A DNA stretch of 64,000 nt from an uncultured Gemmatimonadaceae bacterium (GCA_963781765.1 CAWAHC010000005.1:486929-550928); one strand, 5' to 3'; counted from the stretch's first letter, positions 25,135 to 36,162 are shown. Notes: generated by a model from the letters alone, not told the origin. A program made the numbers and translations.

Positions 25135-28100
25135 CCGGCCGCTCCCGCGGCGACGCGCACGGCGTAGTACTTGGCGTCGGGGTGGTGCACGATGATCGCC
25201 GCCGTGCTCTGTTCGGGCACGAGCTGGTGCGCGGTGGTGAGCGTCATGCCGAGTTCCCGTTCTGCGGGCAGCAGGCGGAAGACCAGCTCGTGGTCCGCCA
25301 GCTCTGGGCAGGCGCCGTATCCCCACGAGTAGCGCTTGCCGCGCCCGCCCGGGATGCCGAGTTCGTGGCGCGTGCGGCGGTGCAGCCATTCGGCCGTCGC
25401 TTCGGCGGTTTCGACGGCGAGTCCGTGCAGGTAGTACGCCTCGGTGTATTCGGCCGCCTGCTGCAGGCGGTCGAATTCGCGCGTGGCGTGATCGCCCACG
25501 GTGACCACCTGCAGGGCGACGACGTCCATCTCGCCCGAATCGACGGTGCGGAAATAATCGGCCAGGCAGAGCCGTTCGCGGCCGTCCTGCCGTGGGAAGC
25601 GAAACCGCCCGATCTCGGTGGCCGTTCCGTCTTGGGTGTAGGCCGCCGGGTCGTACACGACCACGGTGTTTCCGCTGGCCTGCGCCGGGAAGTAGCCGTA
25701 CACCGCCTGCGGCACGAGGAGCGCCTCGCGCCGAACGCGGGTCTGGAGACGCTCGAGCGTCGGCTCGAACTCCTCGCGCACCATGCGATCGAAGGCCTCA
25801 CCCGATCCGCGCGCTCCCCACTGCAGCCGGTATAGTTCGTCGAGGTCGAGGAGTTCGAACACCTCGTCGATCGGAATGTCGCGCAGCGTGCGCGTGCCGT
25901 AGAAGGGCACGGTGGGAATCGGGTGGTCGGCGCGCACGCCGCTCCGGCGCTCGTCGTCGGTGCCGGCGCGCACGTCCTTGCCGACGCCGGCGTGCAGGAA
26001 CACGTCCCGGCGCGCATCGTCGAGCAGTTTGGCCGTCAGATCCGCGCGGCGGGCGGGATTCTGGAGCGCGTCCATCGTCTCCAACCCCTCGAACGCATCT
26101 TTGCAGTAGAACACTCCGGACTCGTACGCGCGCTCACCCTCCACGAACATGGCGCGGCGTCCGAACCGGCGGTTGATGGCCGCGCCGCCGATGAGCACGG
26201 GAATCTGCAGGCCGCGCTTGTCCAGTTCCTGCACGCACAGCGGCATCTGCTTGGAGGTCGAGACCAGCAGCGCCGAGAGGCCGATGGCGTCGGCGTTCAC
26301 CTCCTGGGCCTTCTCGAGGATCGTGTTCACCGGCACCTGTTTGCCGAGGTCGAACACGGTGTAGCCGTTGTTGGAGAGGATCGTGTTCACCAACGATTTG
26401 CCGATGTCGTGGACGTCGCCATACACCGTGGCCAGCACGATCCGCCCCTTGGTGTAGCCCTCCGCCTTCTCGAGAAACTGCTCCAGATGGCGTACGGCCT
26501 TCTTCATCACCTCGGCGGACTGCAGCACGAACGGGAGGATGAGATCGCCGGCGCCGAACTTGTCGCCCACCTCCTTCATGGCCGGGAGCAACACGTCGTT
26601 GAGCACGCGCACGGGATCTTTCCGCACGCCGGCGGCATCGAGCACCTCTTCGATGCCTTCCTTCTTGCGGTGGACGACCATCCAGTGCGCCTTCTCGTCG
26701 GGCGTCATCGACGCCGTGGGATCGTCGGCGGTCTCGCCGCCGCCTGCGGGTTCGCTGCCCCTGGTGGAGAAGTGGTCGATGTACCGCTGCAGCGCGTCGG
26801 GGTGTCGATTGAACACCAGATCGTCGGCCAGTCCGCGCTCCCCCTCCGAGATCTCGGCGTAGGGGACGATGTGGGCGGGATTGACGATGGCCATGTCGAG
26901 GCCGGCTTCCACACAGTGGTGCAGGAACACCGAATTGAGCACGGCGCGTGCCGCGGGCGAGAGACCGAAGCTCACGTTCGAGACGCCGAGCGACGTGAAC
27001 ACGCCCGGCAGCTCGCGCTTGATCAGGCGGATGCCCTCGATGGTTTCCCTGGCCGAATCGATCCACTCGGCGTCGCCGGTGGCGAGGGTGAAGGTGAGGT
27101 CGTCGTAGATCAGATCTTCGGCGGCGAGGCCGTATTCGCCGACGACGAGGTCGTAGATCTTGCGCGCTACCTCGAGCTTGCGCTCACGCGTCTTGGCCAT
27201 GCCCTGCTCGTCGATGGTGAGGGCGACGAGGGCGGCGCCGTGGCGCTTGGCGATGGGAACGACGGCGTCGATCCGGGCGCGCCCGTTCTCCATGTTGATG
27301 GAATTGATGACGGCGCGCCCGGGCACATGCTCCAGCGCCGCCTCGAGCACGGCCGGCTCGGTGGAGTCGATCATCAGCGGCAGTTCGACGCTCATCGACA
27401 GCAGCTTCACGAGCGTGGCCATCTGCTCGGCCTCGTCGGCCCGCTCGGTAACGGCCACGCAGACGTCCAGCACGTGGGCGCCCGCGTCCTGCTGCGCCCG
27501 GGCCACCTCGACGATGCCCTCGTAATCCTCGGCGAGCAGCAACCGTTTGACCTTGCGCGAGCCCTGGGCGTTGACGCGCTCCCCGATGAGCAGCGGCGGC
27601 GGTTGCTGTTCGAGCGTGGTGGCCCGCATCGCCGACGACACCCGGGGCACGTGGGCGGCGGGACGCGACTCCCACGGCTGGTCGGCGCCGGCCTGTTCCC
27701 GCACGCGACGGACGATGGCCTCCAGATGCTCCGGGGTCGTGCCGCAGCAGCCGCCCACCACGCGGACGTCGAAGTCCGACACGAACTCGGCGAGCATCTG
27801 CGCCATCGGTTCGGGTTCGAGCGGGTACAGAGCGTCTCCGGTGCCCGTGTTGATGGGCAGCCCGGCGTTGGGGATGCAGGAGATCGGGCGCGACGCGTTT
27901 TCGGTGAGATACCGGATGGGCTCGCGCATGTGCTCGGGCCCGGTGGAACAGTTGAGGCCGATCACGTCGACCCGCAGCGCCTCGAGTGTGGTGAGCGCAC
28001 TGGCCACGTCGGTGCCGAGGAGCATCCGTCCGCTCACGTCGAGCGTGATCTGGGCCTGGATGGGCACGCGCCGGCCGATCTCCGAGAACAGCCGCTCGAA

Positions 28101-28646
28101 GCCGGTGATGGCCGCCTTCACTTCGAGGATGTCCTGGGCGGTCTCCACGAGCAGCACGTCGACGCCGCCCTCAACCAGCGCCCGCGCCTGCGCGTAGTAG
28201 GTGTCGGAGAGCTGCGCGAAGGTGATATTGGAGAGGGCGGGGTCGCTGCTCGACGGGAGCATGCCGGTGGGGCCGATGGAGCCGGCCACGAACCGTGGGT
28301 GTGCAGCGCTGGCAAAGCGATCGCATGCGGCGCGGGCCAGGCGGGCCGCGGTCACGTTCAATTCGTGGGTGCGGGGCTCGATGCCCCACTCCCGGAGTCG
28401 GTGGGGCGAGGACTGGAACGTGCATGTTTCCACCACGTCGCAGCCGACGGCGAGGAACGATTCGTGGATTTCGCGAATCATTTCGGGGCGGGTGAGCACG
28501 AGGTGGTCGTTGCACCCCTCCAGGCTCTTGCCCCCGAAGTCTTCCGCCGAGGGATGATACCGCTGAATATTCGTACCCATCGCTCCGTCGAACACGAGGA
28601 CCCGGTTCGAGAGGGCACGGAGATACGGATGGGATGTGGTCGGCAT
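25131..28646 (-). CDS. metH: cobalamin-dependent methionine synthase
   Basis: At 1171 aa it carries all four modules. These are the Hcy-binding domain (VFDGAMGTNIQ, GGCCGTTPEH), the pterin-binding domain, the B12-binding motif GDVHDIGKSLV, and the C-terminal AdoMet-activation domain. Confidence 0.95.
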   Translation of the reverse strand: MPTTSHPYLRALSNRVLVFDGAMGTNIQRYHPSAEDFGGKSLEGCNDHLVLTRPEMIREIHESFLAVGCDVVETCTFQSSPHRLREWGIEPRTHELNVTAARLARAACDRFASAAHPRFVAGSIGPTGMLPSSSDPALSNITFAQLSDTYYAQARALVEGGVDVLLVETAQDILEVKAAITGFERLFSEIGRRVPIQAQITLDVSGRMLLGTDVASALTTLEALRVDVIGLNCSTGPEHMREPIRYLTENASRPISCIPNAGLPINTGTGDALYPLEPEPMAQMLAEFVSDFDVRVVGGCCGTTPEHLEAIVRRVREQAGADQPWESRPAAHVPRVSSAMRATTLEQQPPPLLIGERVNAQGSRKVKRLLLAEDYEGIVEVARAQQDAGAHVLDVCVAVTERADEAEQMATLVKLLSMSVELPLMIDSTEPAVLEAALEHVPGRAVINSINMENGRARIDAVVPIAKRHGAALVALTIDEQGMAKTRERKLEVARKIYDLVVGEYGLAAEDLIYDDLTFTLATGDAEWIDSARETIEGIRLIKRELPGVFTSLGVSNVSFGLSPAARAVLNSVFLHHCVEAGLDMAIVNPAHIVPYAEISEGERGLADDLVFNRHPDALQRYIDHFSTRGSEPAGGGETADDPTASMTPDEKAHWMVVHRKKEGIEEVLDAAGVRKDPVRVLNDVLLPAMKEVGDKFGAGDLILPFVLQSAEVMKKAVRHLEQFLEKAEGYTKGRIVLATVYGDVHDIGKSLVNTILSNNGYTVFDLGKQVPVNTILEKAQEVNADAIGLSALLVSTSKQMPLCVQELDKRGLQIPVLIGGAAINRRFGRRAMFVEGERAYESGVFYCKDAFEGLETMDALQNPARRADLTAKLLDDARRDVFLHAGVGKDVRAGTDDERRSGVRADHPIPTVPFYGTRTLRDIPIDEVFELLDLDELYRLQWGARGSGEAFDRMVREEFEPTLERLQTRVRREALLVPQAVYGYFPAQASGNTVVVYDPAAYTQDGTATEIGRFRFPRQDGRERLCLADYFRTVDSGEMDVVALQVVTVGDHATREFDRLQQAAEYTEAYYLHGLAVETAEATAEWLHRRTRHELGIPGGRGKRYSWGYGACPELADHELVFRLLPAERELGMTLTTAHQLVPEQSTAAIIVHHPDAKYYAVRVAAGAAG

Positions 28647-28841
28647 GGACGACGACGGTCGGGGAAAACAAAACAGGCCCGGAGCGGAGAGCGCCGAGCC
28701 AGGCGCTTTAGCGATTGTTTAACGTGGCCGCAATTTGCCGGAAATCGCCACGAACGAGTGTGTTGATCATATTAATGGGCGGCCGGTCGGCGAGGCAAGC
28801 GAGCCGGCGCGGTCTCCGCCCATACCAGGCATCGGTGCGTC

Positions 28842-30563
28842 ATGGCTGATCGTCGAAAACCACGCGAATCCGGAACGGGGCTGCCCCCGGCGCTCGAGCC
28901 GTTCGGCGAACTGCTCAAGCAGTCGCCGCTCGCGATCACGGTTGTCGATACCGACGCCCGGGTGCTGATGTGGAATTCCGAGGCCGAGCGCCTGTTCGGG
29001 TGGAAGGAGGAAGAGGTCATCGGGCAGCCCCCGCCGCACGTGCCTCCGGAAGCCGTTCCCAAGATGTTTGAATTGATTCGCAAGTCCATTGAAGGCAGTG
29101 CGACACGCGGAACCGAGGTCGTGCGCACGCGGCGAGACGGATCGCGGCTGAACGTGTTGATCCATACGGCTGTGCTCCGCGATCGCGACGGCGACGTGGC
29201 GGGGATCATGGGCATGTTCGTGGACGTCACCGAGCGACGGCAGATCGAGATCCGCATGCGCAATGCGCAGAAGATGGAAGCGGTCGGTCTGCTCGCGGGC
29301 GGCGTGGCGCACGACTTCAACAACCTCCTCACCGCGATCAAGGGCTTCTCGTCCCTGCTCCTCGAAGCGGTGGGCGAAAACGCGGCCGCCGAAGAGTGCG
29401 TGGCGGAGATCGTGAAGGCTGCCGAACGGGCGGCGGGCCTCACCGGACAACTGCTCGCGTTCAGCCGGCGGCAATTGCTGCGGCCCCAGATCGTCGATCT
29501 GAATGCGCGACTCCAGCAGATGTACCCCATGCTCCGCATTCTGGCGGCGAGCAACATCGAGTTGACGCTCGAGTTGGGCGAGGATGTCGGGCTCGTGATG
29601 GTCGACCCCATCCAACTCGAGCAGGTGGTGCTCAACCTCGTGATGAACGCGCGCGACGCGATCGTCGAGCGGGGGAAGATCATCCTCAAGACGAGCGGCG
29701 TTGACCTGGACAAGGAGTTCATCAAGTGGGGCGTGTCGCCGCACCCGGGGCCGTACGTGCGACTCGACGTGATCGACACGGGCGCGGGCATGAATCCACT
29801 CACGCTGAGCCGGGCGTTCGATCCCTTCTACACGACGAAGGAGGCCGGCACGGGACTGGGGCTTGCCACCGTGTTCGGCATCGTCAAGCAGAGCGGCGGC
29901 TACGTGTGGCCCACCAGCACCTCCGATCAGGGCACCACGTTCTCAGCCTACCTTCCCCGGTACGAGGCCACCGAAGCCGATCTCGCGGCACTGGCGAGCG
30001 CTTCGTCGGGAGTCGAAACGGCCGGGGACGAGACGCCGGAGCCCAGGGGGGCTCCCGCATCACCGGCGCCGCGCCGGCCGTCGGGGCCCAGCGGCACGCC
30101 GGTGCTGCGCCTGGTACCCGGTGGGCCCAGCAAGGAGTCGCGCCCGGGCACCCGTCCGCTCGATGCCCCGCGGGCCGCGCCCACCCAGCGTCTCACGATC
30201 ATGCTGGTGGACGACGACGAAGCCGTGCGCGACATGATCCGCCGGACGCTCGAGCGGCATCAGCACACCGTGCTCGACGCCGCGTCGGGTGAGCAGGCGC
30301 TGCAGCTCAATCGCATGTTCAACGAGCACATCGACCTGCTGATCACCGACATCCGGATGCCCGGCATGACGGGTCTGGAACTGCGCGACGCCCTCCTGGC
30401 CATCCGCCCCGACGTGCACGTGCTCTTCATTTCCGGGCACGCCGACGAGTTCACGCGGGGCGAGCTGCGCGATCACCAGACGCCGTTCCTCGGCAAGCCG
30501 TTCACCATGGAACAGCTGGAGCAGGCCATGCAGCGCGCGATGGCCGTGGGTCCAAAGGGCTAG
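28842..30563 (+). CDS. PAS-domain hybrid sensor histidine kinase / response regulator
   Basis: One PAS domain is present (ITVVDTDARVLMWNSEAERLFGW). The H-box is VAHDFNNLLTAI, and the HATPase blocks are DTGAGM and GTGLGLATVFGIV. A Pro/Ala/Gly-rich linker precedes the receiver IMLVDDDE...LLITDIRMPGMTG. Confidence 0.9.
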   Translation: MADRRKPRESGTGLPPALEPFGELLKQSPLAITVVDTDARVLMWNSEAERLFGWKEEEVIGQPPPHVPPEAVPKMFELIRKSIEGSATRGTEVVRTRRDGSRLNVLIHTAVLRDRDGDVAGIMGMFVDVTERRQIEIRMRNAQKMEAVGLLAGGVAHDFNNLLTAIKGFSSLLLEAVGENAAAEECVAEIVKAAERAAGLTGQLLAFSRRQLLRPQIVDLNARLQQMYPMLRILAASNIELTLELGEDVGLVMVDPIQLEQVVLNLVMNARDAIVERGKIILKTSGVDLDKEFIKWGVSPHPGPYVRLDVIDTGAGMNPLTLSRAFDPFYTTKEAGTGLGLATVFGIVKQSGGYVWPTSTSDQGTTFSAYLPRYEATEADLAALASASSGVETAGDETPEPRGAPASPAPRRPSGPSGTPVLRLVPGGPSKESRPGTRPLDAPRAAPTQRLTIMLVDDDEAVRDMIRRTLERHQHTVLDAASGEQALQLNRMFNEHIDLLITDIRMPGMTGLELRDALLAIRPDVHVLFISGHADEFTRGELRDHQTPFLGKPFTMEQLEQAMQRAMAVGPKG

Positions 30564-30853
30564 CGTTCGCCCGCGGCGCGCCGCACGGCGTCTACCTCCA
30601 CGCCGTCCAGTTCGACGATCTTGGTGCGCGCCGCATGTCCGCTGACCACGCGCACCGCGCGGCGCGGAACGCCGAATCGTTCAGCCAGAAAGCGCACCAG
30701 CGCATCGTTGGCGGCGCCGTCCACCGGCGGGGCGTTCAGACGCACCTTGAGCGCCGTCCCGTGGACACCCGCCAGCTCGGTGCGCGCGGCGCGCGGCTGC
30801 ACGTGCACGGTCACGCGAACCCCGCCATCGCGTGGCCGTGCGTCGAGCGGCAT
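30560..30853 (-). CDS. DUF167 (YggU-like) protein
   Basis: Only the last 97 aa of track ORF 30560..31339 are used. The sequence VTVHVQPRAARTELAGVHGTALKVRLNAPPVDGAANDALVRFLAERFGV is typical of DUF167. Its start overlaps the yggT-like stop (TGATG). Confidence 0.8.
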   Translation of the reverse strand: MPLDARPRDGGVRVTVHVQPRAARTELAGVHGTALKVRLNAPPVDGAANDALVRFLAERFGVPRRAVRVVSGHAARTKIVELDGVEVDAVRRAAGER

Positions 30854-31437
30854 CAGGGAATGTGCAGCAGGCTCTGTACCAGCCAGAGCGCGAAGTAGGC
30901 CACCACCGGCGTGATGTCGATCATGCCGAGCGGCGGGATCACCGAGCGGAGGGGACGCAGCATCCACTCGGTGAGCGGATAGGTCCAGCGAATCCAGCGC
31001 GAATACGGCGGAATCGGCAGCCACGAGGCCAGCACGCGCACGATGAGCGCGAGGCGCAGAATCGCGAAGGCCCACGACACGAGGAGCACCAACACGCGCG
31101 CCGGCGACTGTACCGCCCACGCCACCTCGTACACCAGGCCGGCCATGGCCTGGACGCCGGTGAGGATGAGCGCGCCGGCCACGGCCACGAACACCAGCCC
31201 CCACCAGGGCGCGCTGGCCGCGCTGCCCCCGGCGCGGATGACCACGCGCTCCACCGGCATCAGCATGGGATCGATCCAGCGGCGGGCCAGCCGCGCGCCG
31301 AAGCTGAACGGCGCCAGTCGCCGTGTGCGCACCGCCCATGCGAGGGCCGCCGCCAACGCGGCCAGGATGCCGAGGCCGAGCAGCACGCCCCGGAGGGCGG
31401 GGATCACGACCGCCAGCGAAATTCCCGAATCGTTCAT
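30853..31437 (-). CDS. YggT family membrane protein
   Basis: Four TM helices are present. The two YggT repeats contain PMLMPVERV and TEWMLRPLRSVIPPLGMIDITPVVAYF. Confidence 0.8.
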   Translation of the reverse strand: MNDSGISLAVVIPALRGVLLGLGILAALAAALAWAVRTRRLAPFSFGARLARRWIDPMLMPVERVVIRAGGSAASAPWWGLVFVAVAGALILTGVQAMAGLVYEVAWAVQSPARVLVLLVSWAFAILRLALIVRVLASWLPIPPYSRWIRWTYPLTEWMLRPLRSVIPPLGMIDITPVVAYFALWLVQSLLHIP

Positions 31438-31468
31438 GGGCGAAAGCTCGACACCTCGCGCCCTCGCT

Positions 31469-33046
31469 TCAAGGGCGGAGCCCCCGCAACAGGCCGCGGG
31501 CGCGCCACAATCCGCGCAATCGCGCCATCGGCCCGCGTCCGTGCATGGCCGTCACCACGCCGTCGAACGCGTCACGCCCGCCGGGGCGATACGGGAACCA
31601 CCAGGCCTGACGGAGGCTCGGCAGTCGCTCGTCCACGACCGTCTTGGTACGGACGCATTCGAGGAGGCCGGCCACGCCGTGGGCGCGTCCCGACCCACTG
31701 GCCTTCACCCCGCCGTGCGGAACATCGCTCATGCCCGCCACCACCACGGAGTCGTTGATCACCACGCTTCCTGCGTCGAGGCGCGCCGCCACGGCCATGG
31801 CCCGCCGGCGGTTGCCACTCCACACGCTGGCGCTGAGCCCGAAGGGCGAGTCGTTGGCCCGCGTCACCGCGTCGTCGTCGTCCCGCACCCGGACCATGGG
31901 GAGAATCGGCCCGAACGTCTCCTCCCGCAGCACGCGCATGTCGGGGCTCACATGGGTGAGCAGGACCGGCGGGAACAGCCGGTCGCTGCCCGCGGGCCCG
32001 GTGGCCGCCACATGGGCGCCGTGCGCCAGCGCGTCGTCGAACTGGGCGCGGATTCGCGCCGTCTGCTCCGGGCGCACCAGCGGGCCCATCTCGCTCGACT
32101 CGCGCGCCGTGCTGGCCTTGATGGCGCGTACGCGCTCGGCCAGCATCGCGGCGAACCGATCGTAGACGGCCTCGTGCACCAGCACGCGTTTGGGCGCCAC
32201 GCAGGTCTGTCCGCTGTTGGAAAAACGGCCCCAGGCGATGCCGTCGGCGGTGCGTGGCAGGTCGGCGTCGTCGAGCACGATGGCCGGATCGCTCCCGCCG
32301 AGCTCGAGGACGCAGGGAATGAGGCGCGCGCCGCACTCCGCCGCCACCTTCCGTCCTGTGGCGTCGCTGCCCGTGAAGAAGATCTTGTCGCATCCCTGCT
32401 CGATGAGCGCCGCGCCGGTACCGCGATCGCCTGGCAGAGCGCGGATCAGATCCCGCGGCACCCCGGCCTCGTGCAGCAACTCGGCCACCAGCAGGCCGGT
32501 CTGCGTGGTGAACTCCGAGGGCTTGAGCAGCACACCGTTGCCGGCGACCAGCGCCGGCAGCGTGATCGCCGACGCGAGCATGAATGGGTAGTTCCAGGGC
32601 GAGATCACGCCGATCACGCCGAACGGCTCCTCGGTGACCTGCACGCGCTTGCGCCACATGGGCGGCGTGGCGCCCGTGAACCGCTTGGGGCGGAGCACGC
32701 GGAGCACGTCTCGGCGGCGGTAGAAGCGGGCGAAATCCAGCGTGACCAGTACTTCGCTCAACGCCTCGACGGCGGGCTTGCCGCACTCCTGGCTGATGGC
32801 GTCGGCCACCTCGTGGCGTCGCGCGTACAGCGCGCGCCGGAAGCCATCCAGGTGTCGCGCCCGTTCGTGCAGCGGGCGCATGCGCCACGCCGCCTGCGCG
32901 CGGCGTGCCGCCGACAGCGCGGCCGCCACGTCGGCGGGCGTCGCGGCGTCGAAGCGACGCCAGACCTCTCCGGTGGCCGGATCGCGCGATTCGACCGGAT
33001 GCGGTGCCGGAGCGGCGGGCGCCGATGCGCCGATGGGAGTCGCCAT
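31469..33046 (-). CDS. NAD(P)-dependent aldehyde dehydrogenase family protein
   Basis: Motifs are ELGGSDPAIV (catalytic Glu), FSNSGQTCVAPKR (catalytic Cys) and EETFGPILP. Confidence 0.9.
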   Translation of the reverse strand: MATPIGASAPAAPAPHPVESRDPATGEVWRRFDAATPADVAAALSAARRAQAAWRMRPLHERARHLDGFRRALYARRHEVADAISQECGKPAVEALSEVLVTLDFARFYRRRDVLRVLRPKRFTGATPPMWRKRVQVTEEPFGVIGVISPWNYPFMLASAITLPALVAGNGVLLKPSEFTTQTGLLVAELLHEAGVPRDLIRALPGDRGTGAALIEQGCDKIFFTGSDATGRKVAAECGARLIPCVLELGGSDPAIVLDDADLPRTADGIAWGRFSNSGQTCVAPKRVLVHEAVYDRFAAMLAERVRAIKASTARESSEMGPLVRPEQTARIRAQFDDALAHGAHVAATGPAGSDRLFPPVLLTHVSPDMRVLREETFGPILPMVRVRDDDDAVTRANDSPFGLSASVWSGNRRRAMAVAARLDAGSVVINDSVVVAGMSDVPHGGVKASGSGRAHGVAGLLECVRTKTVVDERLPSLRQAWWFPYRPGGRDAFDGVVTAMHGRGPMARLRGLWRARGLLRGLRP

Positions 33047-33132
33047 GTCTGAAACGTGTCCAGGAGTTCCCCGCTCGGAAAGTGGGGAGATCGCCGCCGC
33101 GGGCGTCAGGCGGAGGGCGCTAGATTCGGCGC

Positions 33133-33615
33133 ATGCCCGATCGCCACTACTGGCTCGTGAAGACCGAGCCGAACGCCTTCTCGTTCGACGACCTGGCGGC
33201 CAGCCCGCGGAAGACCACCTGCTGGGACGGCGTCCGGAACTATCAGGCCCGCAACTTCCTGCGCGACGGCATGAAGAAGGGTGACCTCGTGCTGTTCTAC
33301 CACAGCAATGCGGACCCCAAGGCCGTTGTTGGGGTGGCCCGCGTGGTGCGGGAGGCCTATCCCGACCACACCGCCTTCGATCGCAAGGATCCCCACTTCG
33401 ACCCCAAGTCCAAACCCCAAGCGCCTACGTGGATGATGGTGGACCTGCAGGCAGTGGAGCGGTTCACGCACCCGGTGGCACTGGTCGAACTGCGCGGCGT
33501 GAAGGCGCTGGCGGGAATGGCGCTGCTGCAGAAGGGGAGCCGGCTCTCGGTACAACCGGTGACGGCGGAAGAATTCGCCGTCGTGCGGAAGCTCGGAGCG
33601 CCGAAAGCGGTCTGA
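33133..33615 (+). CDS. EVE (PUA-like, DUF55) domain protein
   Basis: The sequence YWLVKTEPNAFSFDDL...CWDGVRNYQARNFLRDGMKKGDLVLFYHSN...VVGVARVVREAYPD matches the EVE family pattern. Confidence 0.85.
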   Translation: MPDRHYWLVKTEPNAFSFDDLAASPRKTTCWDGVRNYQARNFLRDGMKKGDLVLFYHSNADPKAVVGVARVVREAYPDHTAFDRKDPHFDPKSKPQAPTWMMVDLQAVERFTHPVALVELRGVKALAGMALLQKGSRLSVQPVTAEEFAVVRKLGAPKAV

Positions 33616-34467
33616 TCAGAGCAGACCGTGGCGGTGGGCGACGTACAGCCAGACGCCGCTCGACAGTCCAACGAATACCACCGCCCACCGCACCCAGGCC
33701 TGCGGCACGCGCTGCGCGATGCGGGCTCCACCGTACCCACCGGCCGTCGACCCCACCGCCATCGCGAGCGCGATGTGCCAACTCACCAGTCCGCCGACGA
33801 TGAAGATGCCGGCGGCCATGGCGTTGATGCACAGCCCGCCCCACGCCTTGAGTCCGTTCATGCGGTGGATGTTGGCGAGCCCCATGAACCCGAGCGCGGC
33901 AAGCATCAGGATGCCGATGCCGGCGCCGAAGTACCCCCCATATGTCCCAATCGCCAGTTGGGCGAGGAGGATGCCGCCGGCGGGGCGGCCGGTGGTAATC
34001 ACAACGTCGCTCGCCGGTGACGTGCGCCGCGCGGCGGCCCGGGCGCGCAGCCGGCGCTGGAGCGGCCCCTGCATCATGAACATCCCCGTTGCCGCCAGCA
34101 CGAGCCAGGGTACGAGGGCGGCGAATCGCGCCTCTGGGGTCCGCAGGAGGAGGGTGGCGCCTACGGCGCCGCCCAGGAAGCTGGGCAGCGCGAACCAGAG
34201 CGCCCAGCGTCGGGATCCCGTCAGCTCCCGGCGATACCCCCAGATGCTCGCCGCCGAGCCCGGCCAGAGGGCTACGGTGCTGGTAGCGTTCGCCATGATG
34301 GGGGGCACGCCGAGCGCGATGAGCGCGGGGAAGGTGAGCAGCGTGCCGCCGCCGGCAATCGAATTCACACCGCCGCCGAGGGCCGACACGATGGCCACGA
34401 GCGCCAGCGTGGAGGCGGGCGGCAGCGGGAGGGCAAGCGGGACAGACGGTGGAAGGAGGGGGATCAC
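33616..34467 (-). CDS. TauE/SafE family sulfite/anion exporter (DUF81)
   Basis: About eight TM helices are present. It has the duplicated GGG motif (GGGVNSIAGGGTLLTFPAL) and a second half containing GGYFGAGIGILMLA. Confidence 0.85.
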   Translation of the reverse strand: MIPLLPPSVPLALPLPPASTLALVAIVSALGGGVNSIAGGGTLLTFPALIALGVPPIMANATSTVALWPGSAASIWGYRRELTGSRRWALWFALPSFLGGAVGATLLLRTPEARFAALVPWLVLAATGMFMMQGPLQRRLRARAAARRTSPASDVVITTGRPAGGILLAQLAIGTYGGYFGAGIGILMLAALGFMGLANIHRMNGLKAWGGLCINAMAAGIFIVGGLVSWHIALAMAVGSTAGGYGGARIAQRVPQAWVRWAVVFVGLSSGVWLYVAHRHGLL

Positions 34468-34648
34468 GAGGACGGTGCCGGGGTTAGTGTCAGCGTTTCT
34501 GCGGACCGGGTGTCAGGGTTTGTCGCGATGGAATCACATTAATTGCCTGACGGCCGCAGGCATGCCCCTCGGGAGTACATTCCATAGATTGTTACGGACG
34601 CGGCCGGACGCACTCGGCCAGCTTGATTTCACCTTCGGAGAACGTAGC

Positions 34649-36025
<1,377 letters not shown>

Positions 36026-36046
36026 GTCGCTGACGGGTGAACGCTG

Positions 36047-36081
36047 ACGGCAGGCCGCTCACGGCCTGCCGTTTCGCATTT
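36047..36081 (+). terminator. rho-independent terminator of gltA
   Basis: An 11-bp perfect stem ACGGCAGGCCG / CGGCCTGCCGT has the loop CTCA and is followed by TTTCGCATTT. Confidence 0.75.
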
Positions 36082-36162
36082 GATGAACCGAAGGTTGTGA
36101 GCCGTCACCTTGCAGCCGTCAGCCTACGGCAGTTGCGTCGGGACCGTCCTCGGCCTTCTCGA

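Noticed and set aside
25923-28766. 947-aa plus-strand ORF opposite metH
   Set aside because: It is antisense to a full-length methionine synthase that retains all conserved motifs. It has low-complexity Arg/Gly/His/Val-rich sequence and is a GC-driven open frame.
28647-28841. Riboswitch upstream of metH (SAH, SAM or cobalamin class)
   Set aside because: On the minus strand I found GCCTGGCTCGGCGCTC, which loosely resembles part of the SAH element as I recall it. However, the 5' half (CCGAGGAGCGCUGC-like) is missing. No S-box or B12-box core is visible. A covariance-model scan is needed for a firm negative.
31043-33052. 669-aa plus-strand ORF opposite the yggT-like and aldehyde dehydrogenase genes
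   Set aside because: It is antisense to genes with clear catalytic motifs (ELGGSDP, GQTCVAPKR) and has Arg/Ala/His-rich composition.
33719-34648. 310-aa N-terminal extension of the citrate synthase ORF (track ORF 33719..36025)
   Set aside because: The extension is antisense to the TauE exporter gene and is Pro/Ala/Arg-rich. Citrate synthase homology begins at the ATG at 34649, which has a GGAG ribosome-binding site. The same logic was used to trim ORFs 42260..44266, 49199..52084, 6758..8266, 12559..13716, 23266..25389 and 30560..31339.
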